Assembly: GCA_002269645.1 (NCBI GenBank) | Contig: NIVC01003474.1 | Location: forward strand, 32,138 to 96,137 | Length of the DNA stretch: 64,000 nucleotides | DNA from: Macrostomum lignano | Taxonomy: Eukaryota | Direction of reading: 5' to 3' | The notes under the pieces: model-generated | What the model was told of the DNA's origin: nothing | Seen by the model: only the letters and a program-made list of their open reading frames with translations | Database searches by the model: none | Position numbers and translations under genes: made by a program | Shown: piece after piece, positions 24,320 through 36,473 of the stretch | How the letters are laid out: every line of letters starts with the position of its first letter | Numbering within the stretch: position 1 is the first letter of the stretch

Positions 24320-25902
24320 TTTCACAACCGCTAATCACCTTCTTTCATAAACGCGAAATTTCATAACCGCGAAACTTCACAACCGCTAAATCACCTACTT
24401 TCATAAGCACTAAACTTCACAAACGCGAAACTTCACAACCGCTAAAAAGACTGCCGTATATGAAAGTAAGTGCAAAAATTTTAGCGGTTGTGAAATTTCA
24501 CGCTTGTGAAACCCACCCCTCTCTAGGACTTGACTTGAGACGGTGCTTCTGGTACGTGCGAGCGTAATCATATTGGCTTCTAGTTTTTAAAGCAACCACG
24601 AGATTCGAATAATGAATAAAAAAACTGAAACCCTGGTTCTCTCCATGGATCGATCCGCCCTTAGTCTTATTGGATTTTAAATTGACTTCTTCCCTTGTTG
24701 GATCCGGACTTCCACAAATAGGCGCTGAAGCGTGGCGACTGTCCATCATGAACTGCTGTGGGCTTCGTATCGGAGTTGCCTGGATGCTTGGATCTTGCGA
24801 CTAAATTATCTTAGGGAGCTCAGGGAGCGTAATCTGGGATCCAGGCTCACTCACCATGTCTCTGTCCTCAACGATATTGTATATGTACTTTCACCGCGCC
24901 ATCTGATGACTTTTTTCACCTCTGAAGTCAACCTCCGAACGTAGATACGATTGGTGCACGGAAAAGACCTTAAGTATGACCTTGCCCTCCCGTCTGCTGT
25001 GGAAGTCTTGCTGACGATACTGAGACTACTCTCATGATTCCTTTCCAGTACCAAACAGACATAATGCTGACTCCAGACATCGTCGAGTCTTGGGTGTTGG
25101 AATATTCTCTAGGCAATATTTATTTCTCTGAAAGCGTTCTCCAACGATACGATCAAGGGTGTGGTCATGCTAGCTAGGCCCTCTCGGTGAGTAGCCTAGG
25201 TGATTCACTCCAATCATTCATGCAGCAGCGAAAGAATGTCAATAGCAGATCAAAAGCAATATAGCAAAGAAGCAAGTGGGTTTATTCGAGATGCCTGGAT
25301 ATTGATATGTGTAATATATTTCGGCTAAAGTAAAAGGAACTATTGACAGAAGCATCATTGCTCCTCAGTTGCTTTACTGATTGATTAAGCATCTCATCGA
25401 TCAATACTTTCCCAAAGTTTCATCCAACAAGCAAGGAAAGTTTTCAGGGGGATTGATTGATTTTCAAATCTATGGAAATTTTTCCCAACGAAATGTCCAG
25501 TTGCTAAAACAATCCGATATTGGTGAACTGAAGCAAATCAATTGAAGGCTCAATTAGACATAAAACTGTAACAATGGCGTGTGAAAGATCAAATGAATGG
25601 CACATATCAGTTCTATCATAAAATCTTTCGGTGAAAATACTCAAAAGATTAAACGGATTCTAATCGGCCTTGCAAGCGTGAAGAGAGAACTGGATGCATC
25701 GTTAAAAAACCAAGAAAAAAGTTCGCGAAACCAATGGGAACACCTCACAGCTGCGGAATAGGCTATTCAGCACACACCTAACCTTGAGATTTTTGGGTAT
25801 AAATAGAAGCTCAAACCAATCATGCACTCGACTGCTGTATATCGAATTCATGCTTCATTCTTGCTGAAGCAACACTAAGATTGCTTTGTTCAAACCGAGC
25901 AG

Positions 25903-26979
25903 ATGAACGAAACAAACTCTAGCAATCCTCAGGAGCCCTGGTTCCACGACCCCAACTGGAACTGGTTCATCTGGAACGTCTTCGTCTGGCTTTTTCCGCT
26001 GCTCTGTCTGGTCGGAGCGGTCGCGAACGCCGTCTCCTTCTACGTGATCGTGTCCAACAGGAAGTCGTTTCCCTACGTCACCAGGCAGTACCTCACCATC
26101 ATCACTGCCAGTGACTTTCTCATTCTCACCTGCAAGGTGAGCACTCACTACTTTGGCTACATGGCATTCTACGTGAAGACGAACAAGTGGACCTGGTTCA
26201 CTAATCCGAGAGGTTGGGGAATCGCTTGGTGCATTGTGTACGACTTCTTTACATACTATGGGCTGGTAGGATCTCAGTTTTTTCAACTGGGTCTCACGGT
26301 AGATCGGCTGATTGCGGTAGCGGCTCCGATGAAGGCCAAGGTGATTCTGACACATCGGAGAAGCTGGGTAATGCTGAGCCTCATCACTGCAATGGCACTG
26401 CTACTGCCGATCATGTTCGTCGCGAATAGAACGTGGAACGACGCCACTAACAACTGTGGATTACGAAGTGTCAACTATCTAGTGAACGTGTACCAGCCGG
26501 CCGAGTTCTACTTTGGCAGGGTGTTCCTCGTTCTGGCGCTGACGTCGGGCACGGTGGTCATCTGCGTGCTGCTGGCCTGGAACAACAGGACCGCTCGGCG
26601 AATGCACTCCGACACGGCCGGCTCTGAGCAGCAGCAGCGGAGCAACCGAGAGCGACAGAGGTCGCTTGTTCGGATCAGCCTCATGCTGGTCTTCATCAAC
26701 GTCTTCTTTCTGATCACGTCTCTGCCGTGGAGCATCGGCGCTCTACTAGAAGACCAGCTGGTTACTGAACTTGGAGTCAACCCTTTCATATTGATGATGC
26801 GGCACTTCAACTCGCTGCTGTACGCGAACAACGCTCTGTCCTGGGTGACGTACTTGATGGGACGGAACTTCCGAGAGGCGTTTCGCCGAGTGTGGCTGTC
26901 CCTGTGCTGCTGCTGCTGCGCCTCCTGCCGTCGTCGACTGGACGCTTCGGGCAGCAGCTCGACGGCGAGCACTCGATAG
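25903..26979 (+). CDS. Intronless class A (rhodopsin-like) GPCR, 358 aa, paralogue 3 (intact)
   Basis: Seven hydrophobic segments, GAVAN in TM1, ASDF in TM2, LTVDRLIAV in TM3, SLPW in TM6, NNALSWVTY in TM7, C-terminal poly-Cys. Peptide-receptor/Srw-like appearance is inference. Confidence 0.92.
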   Translation: MNETNSSNPQEPWFHDPNWNWFIWNVFVWLFPLLCLVGAVANAVSFYVIVSNRKSFPYVTRQYLTIITASDFLILTCKVSTHYFGYMAFYVKTNKWTWFTNPRGWGIAWCIVYDFFTYYGLVGSQFFQLGLTVDRLIAVAAPMKAKVILTHRRSWVMLSLITAMALLLPIMFVANRTWNDATNNCGLRSVNYLVNVYQPAEFYFGRVFLVLALTSGTVVICVLLAWNNRTARRMHSDTAGSEQQQRSNRERQRSLVRISLMLVFINVFFLITSLPWSIGALLEDQLVTELGVNPFILMMRHFNSLLYANNALSWVTYLMGRNFREAFRRVWLSLCCCCCASCRRRLDASGSSSTASTR

Positions 26980-29762
26980 AGCGTGCTCTAGGACTGATCG
27001 ACTGGGCTGAGCTGATGGATTGAAAGATCTTATAGACTCAATGATTTGCGATGCGCATCTATTTTATTCTGACTAATGTGACTGCAGTCATCTAGAGGAA
27101 AATTCGAACTTTAAAAAACTATAGAATAATTCGTTCAAATTCTTATTGAAATAAAGCAATGAGGCTGAAAGTTTTGATTATTGTGGCTTAGTTAATTAAC
27201 TTAATATTTATCATAATGCAAAAAACTAAGTCTGGACAAATATGTCTTATATAGAAATGTTGAGAATAAAAACATTCGAACGGGAAAAGTATAAAATGGA
27301 AATAGACTCGTTTGTTTCGATGCAAATTAACGAGGATGCAATGCGAGCTCTACTTATCCTGCGGCTTCGTTTTATTTACACTTTCCTTTGCTGGGTTTCC
27401 ACTGGGCTTACTCGACTCCAGGAGTGCATGCTTACAGTTTTACTTTCGGTCAAGCATATACCCGAACTGTTTTCCTATGAAAGCCAAAAGTCTGATTGAT
27501 CAGGAACAATCAGATTACTGTCTTGTAGTCGTTGGAAGTAGAAAGCGACACAAAATCAAGACTGAACAAGCTTCAGGATCACAAACACCTTCTATCAATA
27601 ATCGAAGCGACATCTTCATTCATCTTACGCTCGTAAAACACGCAATATTACGATATTTTGTTTAAAATGTTTTACACGCTGTTATCTGACAAGGTATGGT
27701 ATAACTATAGGTACATTCAGTCCTGCTGGTCGTTGCTTGAAAGCTTAAGCCGAAGACTAAAATAAACTGAACTGTAGCCCCCATGCGACGTCAGCCGATC
27801 TTGCATTATTAAAAATTAATTTCTAACATCAGCAAGATTAATTCGCTGCTTCAAAATAAGCGATAGCCACTACGAGCTTAGGAAGAAAATTTGTTTGAGC
27901 CAATCTTGTTTACTCAGCCTGTATGTATAGCTTTCGCGGAAGCAATTTTTGGCAGAGAATAATCACCCGTCAGTCCTGTGCGGTGTTCGAAGTTATTTTT
28001 TACAAGCTGCAGCCCTATATTCAGATGTAGTCAATCCGAAGTCAGAGTCGGCCTTTTTATTTGTTATTGCAGAATACTCGCTGCAATTCTTGTTACTCGT
28101 ATACTTTTAAGGAAATGAGAAGCAGATTTGAGTGTCATTCCACATTGCAGATACGATACTGATTACATTTCTCAGCAGAGCAAATGAAAGCAACAGATGA
28201 AGAAGAAAAGCAGCAGTGCTTAAGGAGTCTGCAAGTGTCCTCGACCGTTTTTTTATTATGCCAGCCTCCTTGCAGCTGTTGCAACTTTTAGCGCGAATGC
28301 ATATTGCGTTATTGGTTGGCAGTCATGATTCTTCTTTGCCTTCTTCTAGGTTTTGAAGTGACGAAAAATTTGACGCACTCTTAGAGAACGGTGTGGCATA
28401 CTATACTCTCGTATATTAGTTTTTGGGTCGTCGTCTGACATGGGCTGGAGGGTAGAGGACAAAATGGTGCACCTTTTGCATCAACGAAATATATGCAAAA
28501 TTTACTTTAAAGCTTCTATCGTCCTACTGATAGTAGAGTAATTGGCGAGCTTACTGTTGGACTGGTCCTTATGCAACAACAAGTGCCATGGAAGTCCTCA
28601 ACAAGTATTATCTGCGAAGTAGCATGCACAGGTCCGATTACATTTTAGCATAAAAAAAAGATGCATGCTGAGCTGGCTCGGGGTTTATTTAAAGGCAAAT
28701 AAAATGAAAATAGAAAAAATAATGATTTACTTATAAAAATCAACATCATCATCACTCTTTTTGTAAAGATTTTTGCATTCCATCTGCAATCGCAGGAACT
28801 CCCTAATTACGGATATAATTACACGTTGCCTATAGTAGTATATAGTGTATAAGCTTGTCCAATTGATTTGCAATCTTATATTAATAGTTAATATTTGGCT
28901 AGTGCGCAAGAACCGGTAGACAACAAGGACTCCTTGGAAGGCGCGCGTGACTTCCTGTTGTCAGATGAGGCTCAAGACAATCCGGCACACGTTGGACTGA
29001 GGTTTTAGCTCAGCCTGCGAGGACACGTACACGCTGCACGCAGACAAGACAAAAAGTACAAAGAAAGCAGAGACCAAGCAGGAGGCGACACAGGCCGGTA
29101 GAATTCCGCGTTAGCGAATGAGAAGCGCTCTTGCTGCTTTTTAAAGACTGCTTGCTTGTAGCCTTGAAAAACGCTTCTGAACGTCATTTAGACGTTGAGC
29201 CGCGCGTTCAGTATTCGTTGTCCATCCGTTCTGGTTGAATTCAGTTCCTTGTTGGCTTCTAATATCAGGTAAGTCCGCTATTCTACGTATATTTCTTACA
29301 TTGGAGTTGACTACTACACAAACTAGGGCGGCAATTCTCTCTTTTAACGCCACAGCTCTAATTTAATTCACCAAAATATTTTTAGTTCTTTAGTACGAGG
29401 GTACCAATGAACTTCATAACCGTTATTGGTCGTTTTATTTCTTATTTTCATGCACTTTCGACGTACAAGCACATCTTCCTGACAACTGGACTGTATTTTT
29501 GGCAGACCACATTTTTAGAAAACAAATACAATAATGGCAGTAATATAACCATAAAGTTTGTCTATTCATTATATATAGGATGGTACACGTAATACTGCAT
29601 TCGCGATGAATTTATTCACATTTACTGCGTATATTGCCTTGCAGAAGAAACTTCAGTGGAAAGAGTCTCAAATAAATAAAATTTAGCTTGTAGCTACTTT
29701 ATACGTGTGGCTGAAGGCTACCGAATAAGAAGCACAAGCACCTAGAGTTTTCAGCCGGAAGA

Positions 29763-30878
29763 ATGAATAACACAACAGCTGCTGGCCTAGAGAGCGAAAG
29801 AAATACAACCAGCGACTTTGGCGATCCTATATGGAACCAGTTTGCCTGGGCCGTCTTCATATGGCTGTTTCCGCCGCTCTGTCTGGTTGGAACAATCGCC
29901 AACGCCGTCTCCTTCTACGTGATCGTGTCCAACAGGAAGTCGTTTCCCTATGTCACCCGGCAGTACCTCAGCATCATCACTGCCAGCGACTTTCTCATAC
30001 TCACGTGCAAAGCGAGTACACATTATCTGATCTATATCAAAAGCGTATCGGACTCCAACACTATCTTTCTGTCACCGAGAGCCTGGGGACTCACCTGGTG
30101 CATTGTTTACGACTTCTTTACCTACTATGCGCTGGTGGGATCCCAGTTCTTCCAGCTGGGCCTCACGGTGGATCGCCTAATAGCCGTAGCCGCTCCGATG
30201 AAGGCCAAGGTGATTCTGACGCATCGAAGAAGCTGGGTGCTGTTAGGCCTCATCACTACGATGTCGCTGCTACTGCCAGTCATGTTCGTCGCGAACCGAA
30301 CGTGGCATAACGGCAATTGTGTGTTCCGCAGCCAACAGTACTTCGAAATTGTGTACAAGTCGGTAGAGTTCTACTTTGGCAGGGTGTTCCTGGTCTCCGC
30401 TTTAACCTCTGGCACAGTGGCCATCTGCCTGCTGCTGGCCTGGAACAACAGGACCGCTAGGAGGTTGGACATCGAGGTGAATGCCACTGAATCGCAACAG
30501 CTGCGTCACAAATATCTGGTCCGCATCAGCCTGATGCTGGTCTTTATAAATTTAATCTTTCTGGCAACAGCCCTGCCATGGACCATTTCAATTCTAACGG
30601 AGGACCAGTTGACAATAGTAATGGGCCAGGATTTTTACTATCGAATGCTCCGCCATTTCAACTCGATCCTGTACGTAAACAACGCAGTAAGTTGGATTGC
30701 CTATTTCATGGGCCGCAATTTTCGCGAGGCCTTCTGCCGCTCTTTGCGAACAGAGCAGCTGCGCCGCCGCTGGCAACAAAGGAGCGGTCAAAGGCCGTCC
30801 GGCCTGGCGCCGCAAGCAAGGGCCGCCGAGATCGAGGACTTGCAGGTGGAAACGACGCGGTTTTTAGCGGAACCATAG
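29763..30878 (+). CDS. Intronless class A GPCR, 371 aa, paralogue 4 (intact, more divergent)
   Basis: Same 7TM motifs (LTVDRLIAVAAPMKAK, NNAVSWIAY). N-terminal N-glycosylation sequons NNT and NTT. Confidence 0.92.
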   Translation: MNNTTAAGLESERNTTSDFGDPIWNQFAWAVFIWLFPPLCLVGTIANAVSFYVIVSNRKSFPYVTRQYLSIITASDFLILTCKASTHYLIYIKSVSDSNTIFLSPRAWGLTWCIVYDFFTYYALVGSQFFQLGLTVDRLIAVAAPMKAKVILTHRRSWVLLGLITTMSLLLPVMFVANRTWHNGNCVFRSQQYFEIVYKSVEFYFGRVFLVSALTSGTVAICLLLAWNNRTARRLDIEVNATESQQLRHKYLVRISLMLVFINLIFLATALPWTISILTEDQLTIVMGQDFYYRMLRHFNSILYVNNAVSWIAYFMGRNFREAFCRSLRTEQLRRRWQQRSGQRPSGLAPQARAAEIEDLQVETTRFLAEP

Positions 30879-31399
30879 ATCGCTGTTTTATCCAGCCTTC
30901 TGTGCTGTCAAGTGGAGAGGACAATCCAAGCCTGGCAAGATGGATACAAGGGAAAGGGAGTCCACAGGCAGAGGAGACTCACTGATTCTTCAAGTCAAAG
31001 ACAGGAGATACCTCCCGAAAGAAAGCGGAAATATAGCAAGAGCATAGCACGAGCCAGTTAGGGGTTCACTTAATCTTCACTGGCCCGATAAGTTGAGCTG
31101 AGAAAGCAACTCAAAATGACACATGTTTCATATATGGACCCAGTGTATTATGACGACAGAATGTGACTTTAGTATCAGACTATCACATTACCTCTCCTTC
31201 CTTAGGTTTTGCTCCAAGCCATTTCGTTACTGGTGGAAAGCAGACGATTATCATTTTCTTTTTACCGTTGAAACAACATAAAATTCGTGAATATTTTTCG
31301 ACCTTTATTTCATTGATTCGAGTGATTATCGCTGTCGTGGCGCTGTTAAATATGAAGCAGATTTTTGCCACTATGCTAAAATTTTGAGTTGTTGACCTA

Positions 31400-31540
31400 C
31401 CTAGGCATCTAGGTAGACAGGAATTTGGTTTAATTTCCTAAAAACGGCTCAAACCATTTCATGAAATTAACTTGCACCGTACGATCAAATTTTTTCTGGT
31501 GACGGTACACGTGTTGTGGCTAAAAAATTGTCAATACTAG
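31400..31540 (-). repeat. Dispersed repeat, inverted homologue of 34510-34650 (possible non-autonomous Helitron-like end)
   Basis: The reverse complement ttagccacaacacgtgtaccgtcaccagaaaaatttgatcgtacggtgcaagtt matches ttagccaagatgcatgtaccgtcccaggaaaatttctgatcgaatggtgcaagtt at ~34528. Both adjoin acct microsatellite-like runs. Family is inference. Confidence 0.45.
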
Positions 31541-32409
31541 TGACAAAATATAAAAAACATGTTTTTTTGCAAAGGTCAAGCGATGTCAAGACTCCTGAGG
31601 GGATTGCTGAAATGCTGTGATTGCCTAAATTTATTTGGGAAATTGCTGAGATTATCAAAGACTCACGAGGAGAGTTGCTGAGATGTCAAGGCTTATGGGG
31701 GGATTTGCTGAAATGCGGTGGCTCATGGGGTTGTTAAGAAGCCAAGGGTTTACTGGGAGTTGTTGGTAGATCAAGCATCAAAGGGAGAGTTAGGGTTAGG
31801 CCATGGCTTAAAGGGAAGCTTTGATGCCAAAAGCTCACAGGGGATGCTGGTATCTTAGGTATCTTATAGATGGCTTTCAGGGCGTTGAGCATTAGACATC
31901 ATTTTCCTTAAGAGACTAACAATAGTGACTGCTGAAGGTCAAAAGCTACATGCACCTGATGGTTAATTCTAAAATTTTTGTTTATTTCTTTGTTGCCCCA
32001 GCCCCAGACCGAAGACATTTCAATTATAATAAACGTGAGTCATCCTTTTTGCTTCAGTTTTTTTCGTTTTCATTGCGTTTCAATTATTATTATTATTAGT
32101 AGACTGCACAAGCCGATAGTTTGCCTATCGGTTATTTGAGCCGCATGCCGGAAGAAGAAAAAGATAAATTACGAGGAGTAAGACTTGTAGGAGAGCATTG
32201 ACTGTAAGAAAGAAAACATGGTTAGCTTAACTAGATAATTCTATTCAAAATAGAAGACCTACGAGTTATAAGCTACCTAAGGGCTATAAAGCATTCTTAC
32301 CTCGGACATTTGGAGGAACAAAAAACCAACATCTTTTTCAAAAGTACAGACACACTCAATGACTTCAGATTGACAACTAGCAATCTTCGCCCCCCGATGG
32401 GGGACATCT

Positions 32410-34060
32410 GGATAGAATCTCTGTTCTCTACACCGATCAAAAACACTGCCAAATAAAGCCTTCACAAAGACAATAGACAAACTGCTCAAATGAAGAGCAC
32501 TGCGAAAAGAAATCATCCCAAGACAGCAAGCATCCCCCAGATAGCAAGCATCCCCCAAATAGCAAGCATCCCAAGACAGCAAGCATCCCCCAGATAGCAA
32601 GCATCCCCCAAATAGCAAGCATCCCCAGATAGCAAGCATCCCCCAGATAGGAAGCATCCCCCCTCCCAGATAGCAAGCATCCCCCAGATAGCAAGCATCC
32701 CCAAATAGTAAGCATCCACCAGACAATAAGTAGCTAGTGCAACAATTTCCTTAGCTTTATAGTGGCTCCTTTAAAATTGGCATGACGCTTCTTTTTACGT
32801 TTGAAATGGTGTCTCTTATGTTTGCCATGGTGGCTCTTTTATGCTTGACATGGTGGCTCTTTAATGTTTGCCATGGTGGCTCTTAAATGTTTGCCATGAT
32901 GGGTCTTTTATGTTAGGCATGGAGTCACATATATGTTTCTCAATAGAATCTCTGTTCTCTACAAGTAACAAAAAGACAGCCAAATAGAGCTTTCACAAAG
33001 ACAACAGAAAAACTGCTCAAATGAAGTGCAACGCAAAAAGAAAACATCCCAAGACAGCAAGCATTGCCCCCCCAGGGGATAGCATGACAAGCACCCCCCC
33101 AGATAGCAAGCACCCCCAGATAGCAAGCACCCCCAGAAAGCCAGAACCCCCAAGATAGCAAGCATCCCCCAGATAGCAAGCACCCCAGATAGCAAGCACC
33201 CCAGAAAGCCAGAACCCCCAAGATAGCAAGCATCCCCCAGATAGCAAGCACCCCCCCCCAGATAGCAAGCATCCAATTGATAGCAAGTATCTATCCTTAA
33301 ATAGCAAGCATCCACCAGACAATAAGTATCTAGTGAAACAATTTTCTTAGCTTTATGGTGGCTTCTTTATGATTGGCATGACGCTTCTTTTTACGTTTGT
33401 AATTGTCTCTTTTATGTTTGACATGGTGGCTCTTTTATGATTGACATGGTGGCTCCTAAATGTTTGACATGGTGGCTCTTTAATGTTTGACATGGTGGCT
33501 CTATAATGTTCGACATGGTGGCTCTTTAATGTTAGACATGGTGGCTGTTTAATTTTTGACATGGTGCTCTTTAATGTTCGACATGGTGGTCCTTTTATGC
33601 TTGACATGGTGGCTCTTCAATGTTTGACATGTTGGTCCTTTTATGTTTGACATGGTGGCTCTTTAATGTTTGACATGGTGGCTCTATATGTTCGACATGG
33701 TGGCTCTTTAATGTTAGACATGGTGGCTGTTTAATTTTTGACATGGTGCTCTTTAATGTTTGACATGGTGGTCCTTTTATGTTTGACATGGTGGCTCTTT
33801 AGTGTTTGACATGGTGGCTCTTTAATGTTCGACATGGTGGCCCTTTAATGTTTGACATGGTGGCTCTTTACTGTTTGACATGAAGTCACATATATGTTTG
33901 ACATGGTGGCTCTTTAATGTTTGACATGGAGTCACATACATGTTGGACATGGTGGCTCTTTAATGTTCGACATGGTGGCTCTTTAATGTTAGACATGGTG
34001 GCTCTTTAATGTTAGACATGATGGCTCTTTAATGTTCGATATGGTGGCTCTTTTAAGTTT
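32410..34060. repeat. Duplicated composite module with 18-bp (tagcaagcatcccccaga) and 23-bp (gacatggtggctctttaatgttt) minisatellites
   Basis: Module atagaatctctgttctctaca...18-bp array...gacaataagta...23-bp array occurs at ~32410-32935 and again at ~32940-34060, with the 23-bp array much expanded in the second copy. Confidence 0.9.
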
Positions 34061-34130
34061 GACTTTGTGCTTTTTTGTGTTTAGCATTTCGTGTTTTTAA
34101 GGTGTTTTAATAAAAAAATCTTTTTGCACT

Positions 34131-34188
34131 ACTAAGATTCGAACCCAGGTCGCTGCATTAGCAGTCCAGTCTGTTCGCATCTATGCTA
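34131..34188 (-). other. Degenerate tRNA-like (Ser-GCT-like) Pol III head, probably SINE-derived
   Basis: Minus strand tagcatagatg...gactgctaatgcagcgacctgggttcgaatct: A-box-like, GCT loop, strong B-box. No complete acceptor stem seen. Confidence 0.45.
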
Positions 34189-36473
34189 TCTCTCGTCAAT
34201 TGGAGAACATGAATTGTGGCCCTTATAATTCAATTCTTACAGCAAGTCAATTAGAGTAAAAAGTTATGACATAATCAATTTCTCAGTCAGCCAGTATCAG
34301 TGTCAATTTAAGTTAGCAATATTGTTACGCAATTTAAATCAAGTTTTGTGTGCATTTCTTCGGCACTGTTTTCAACTGGTTGTGATGCAATCTTTATCAC
34401 AATTGGAATTCAGTCAGTCAGTTTTGTCTCTAGCATTCTTACAATGCATTTCAGGTCGAAAGAGCTGCTTGACCTTTGCAAAAAGCATGTTTTTCGAATA
34501 TTTAATCCCTTTAATATTGAGCAATTTCTTAGCCAAGATGCATGTACCGTCCCAGGAAAATTTCTGATCGAATGGTGCAAGTTTTAAAAAAATCGGTCGA
34601 GCCATTTTTTCTGAAATCTATCGCATACCTACCTACCTACCTACCCACAGACAACTCATTTTTAGTATATAGGATTTATAAATACGAAGAATATTGATCG
34701 ACCATTATATAGGGCCCCGATACAAACACGAATAAACATATTTTTCCACTTCAAATTTAAAATGCTTTACGAGAACGTGAGATTAGTGCATTGACATTGA
34801 ACCCCCCCTCCCCCCCCGAGTCCAACGAGTAGACTCTTGTGCGGCCTAAAAGCAAGGACATTTTTTGGTTTTGTTGTAGAAAAAGAAATTTCAAAAGAAG
34901 CAAACAGGAGGGGAGAGGGGCGGCGGCGGCGTTTCAAAGCAGCCGGAAAGAAGGATTAGACGACATGGCCGCATTTACTACCAAGCCAGAAAAAGCAGCA
35001 AGCTATAATTCCGGCAATAACCCGTTTGCGAACAACCGGCTTTAAGAATTGTAGAGTGTTCTACCTCCCACAAAAAGAAGTAAAATTGTTTATCATAGAA
35101 TGCTACTGTAAGTAAGCTAGCGCACACATGCGTACCTAAACCTTAACGATGAATCATGTTACTATTTATAGCAGCAGAATGAATCACTTTCTAATAATAG
35201 CCGCAATGAGTCATGTTACCATTTTTGGCCTGCGAAATCGTCTATAAATACAAGCGGTCCAAAGCGGTACCGGAGTCAGTCTCCCCACGGAAGAGGAGCG
35301 CTCCGAAAAGGAAGCTTTAGAAAGTCTTCCTAGTCACCAAGTCAATCGAGACTCGGTCGAGTTGTTGCGGTAAGCCTTGCTCATTTGCGCCAGTTGTTGA
35401 GTCGACTCACTATTGTTATAGTGCTAGAGTCTGTTGAGACTCTTGAGTCCATTTGAGACTCCATTGGTTGTAGTCACCCGAAGGACTACCCTAATAGATC
35501 TTAGAGGATCTATTAGAGATTACCGGAGCAATACCTAGAGTGCATTGAGGCACTGCTAGAAGGAGAAGGCTTAAGCGAAACCGCATTAGGGCGCAGGGAT
35601 CCCATTGTTGATACGAGGCCTCTGATTGGTCCTGACTGCAGATACCGGCCGGAAACCCCTTCATCGGAAGTACAAGAAGAAGCAGGACCCGAACAACAGA
35701 TTTAAATAAATTCTTCCGGAAGAATAACTGGGCTGCCTAGCAAAGAAGCTAGAAGTGATTGTTCCTTGATTACTAAGTAGGTCTTGGTAGTAAGGAACAC
35801 ATCAGAATGGTACCTCGTCGAAAGACCATTTCGGAAAAAAGCGCGACCCATTTAAAGTGACTTACGATGAGGCTTGAATTTCTGATTCTGGTTGAACAGT
35901 ACAAAACTTGTATCATTTTATTAACGTTGTTCTGGAATACAAAAACAAATCCGTGAGAAGTTTTACATATCTGCCAACAGTACATACAAAGAGTCGCCGT
36001 GTTTATAAAAAAGCATTTGTGTACAAGCAGAAATCCTTGTAGAGTTTGGATCAGCTTCATAGGTTTAATGTAACTGGCTGATGCATGCATTTGCATAATA
36101 AATGCCCCAGCTAGATACTTCCACAAGCGTATTATAAAGGCAAAACTATACGCGAACTGGTGCTCGGTTTGACAGGTTGACAGAATTGTATCGGACACTA
36201 AGCAATAACATGGGTTAACACCTTGTTGAGTTGGTAATGACCGCAGACATCTAGTTGGTTTTGATTAATGACCTGCTATTCTACCGTAGGAATTAATATC
36301 TCGATGTTAGTCAAAATATGCTTTAAATTTCGAAGATTAGGAGTAGGAAAAACGAGACGGACAGACAGACGCTGCCACAGTTTAAACAATCGAACTTCTG
36401 CTAAAATAACACAACAAAGGTTGGCATTCACGCCCTGCTGGTAAGTGACGCACAGTTGCCACAGAAGAGATTA

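Larger units (their letters stand above)
15172..26985 (+). repeat. Segmental duplication, copy B (interrupted by the 18961-24319 insertion)
   Basis: Colinear with 1-~6460. Homology stops at 18960 and resumes at 24320 exactly where copy A reads gaaa|tttcac. Confidence 0.93.

Noticed and set aside
32277-33789. GCLL/DACYL-repeat and PPCQT-repeat ORFs
   Set aside because: Artefacts of the 18-bp and 23-bp minisatellites; no domain signal.
34131-34188. Functional tRNA-Ser gene
   Set aside because: No complete acceptor stem or long variable arm; kept only as a tRNA-like head.
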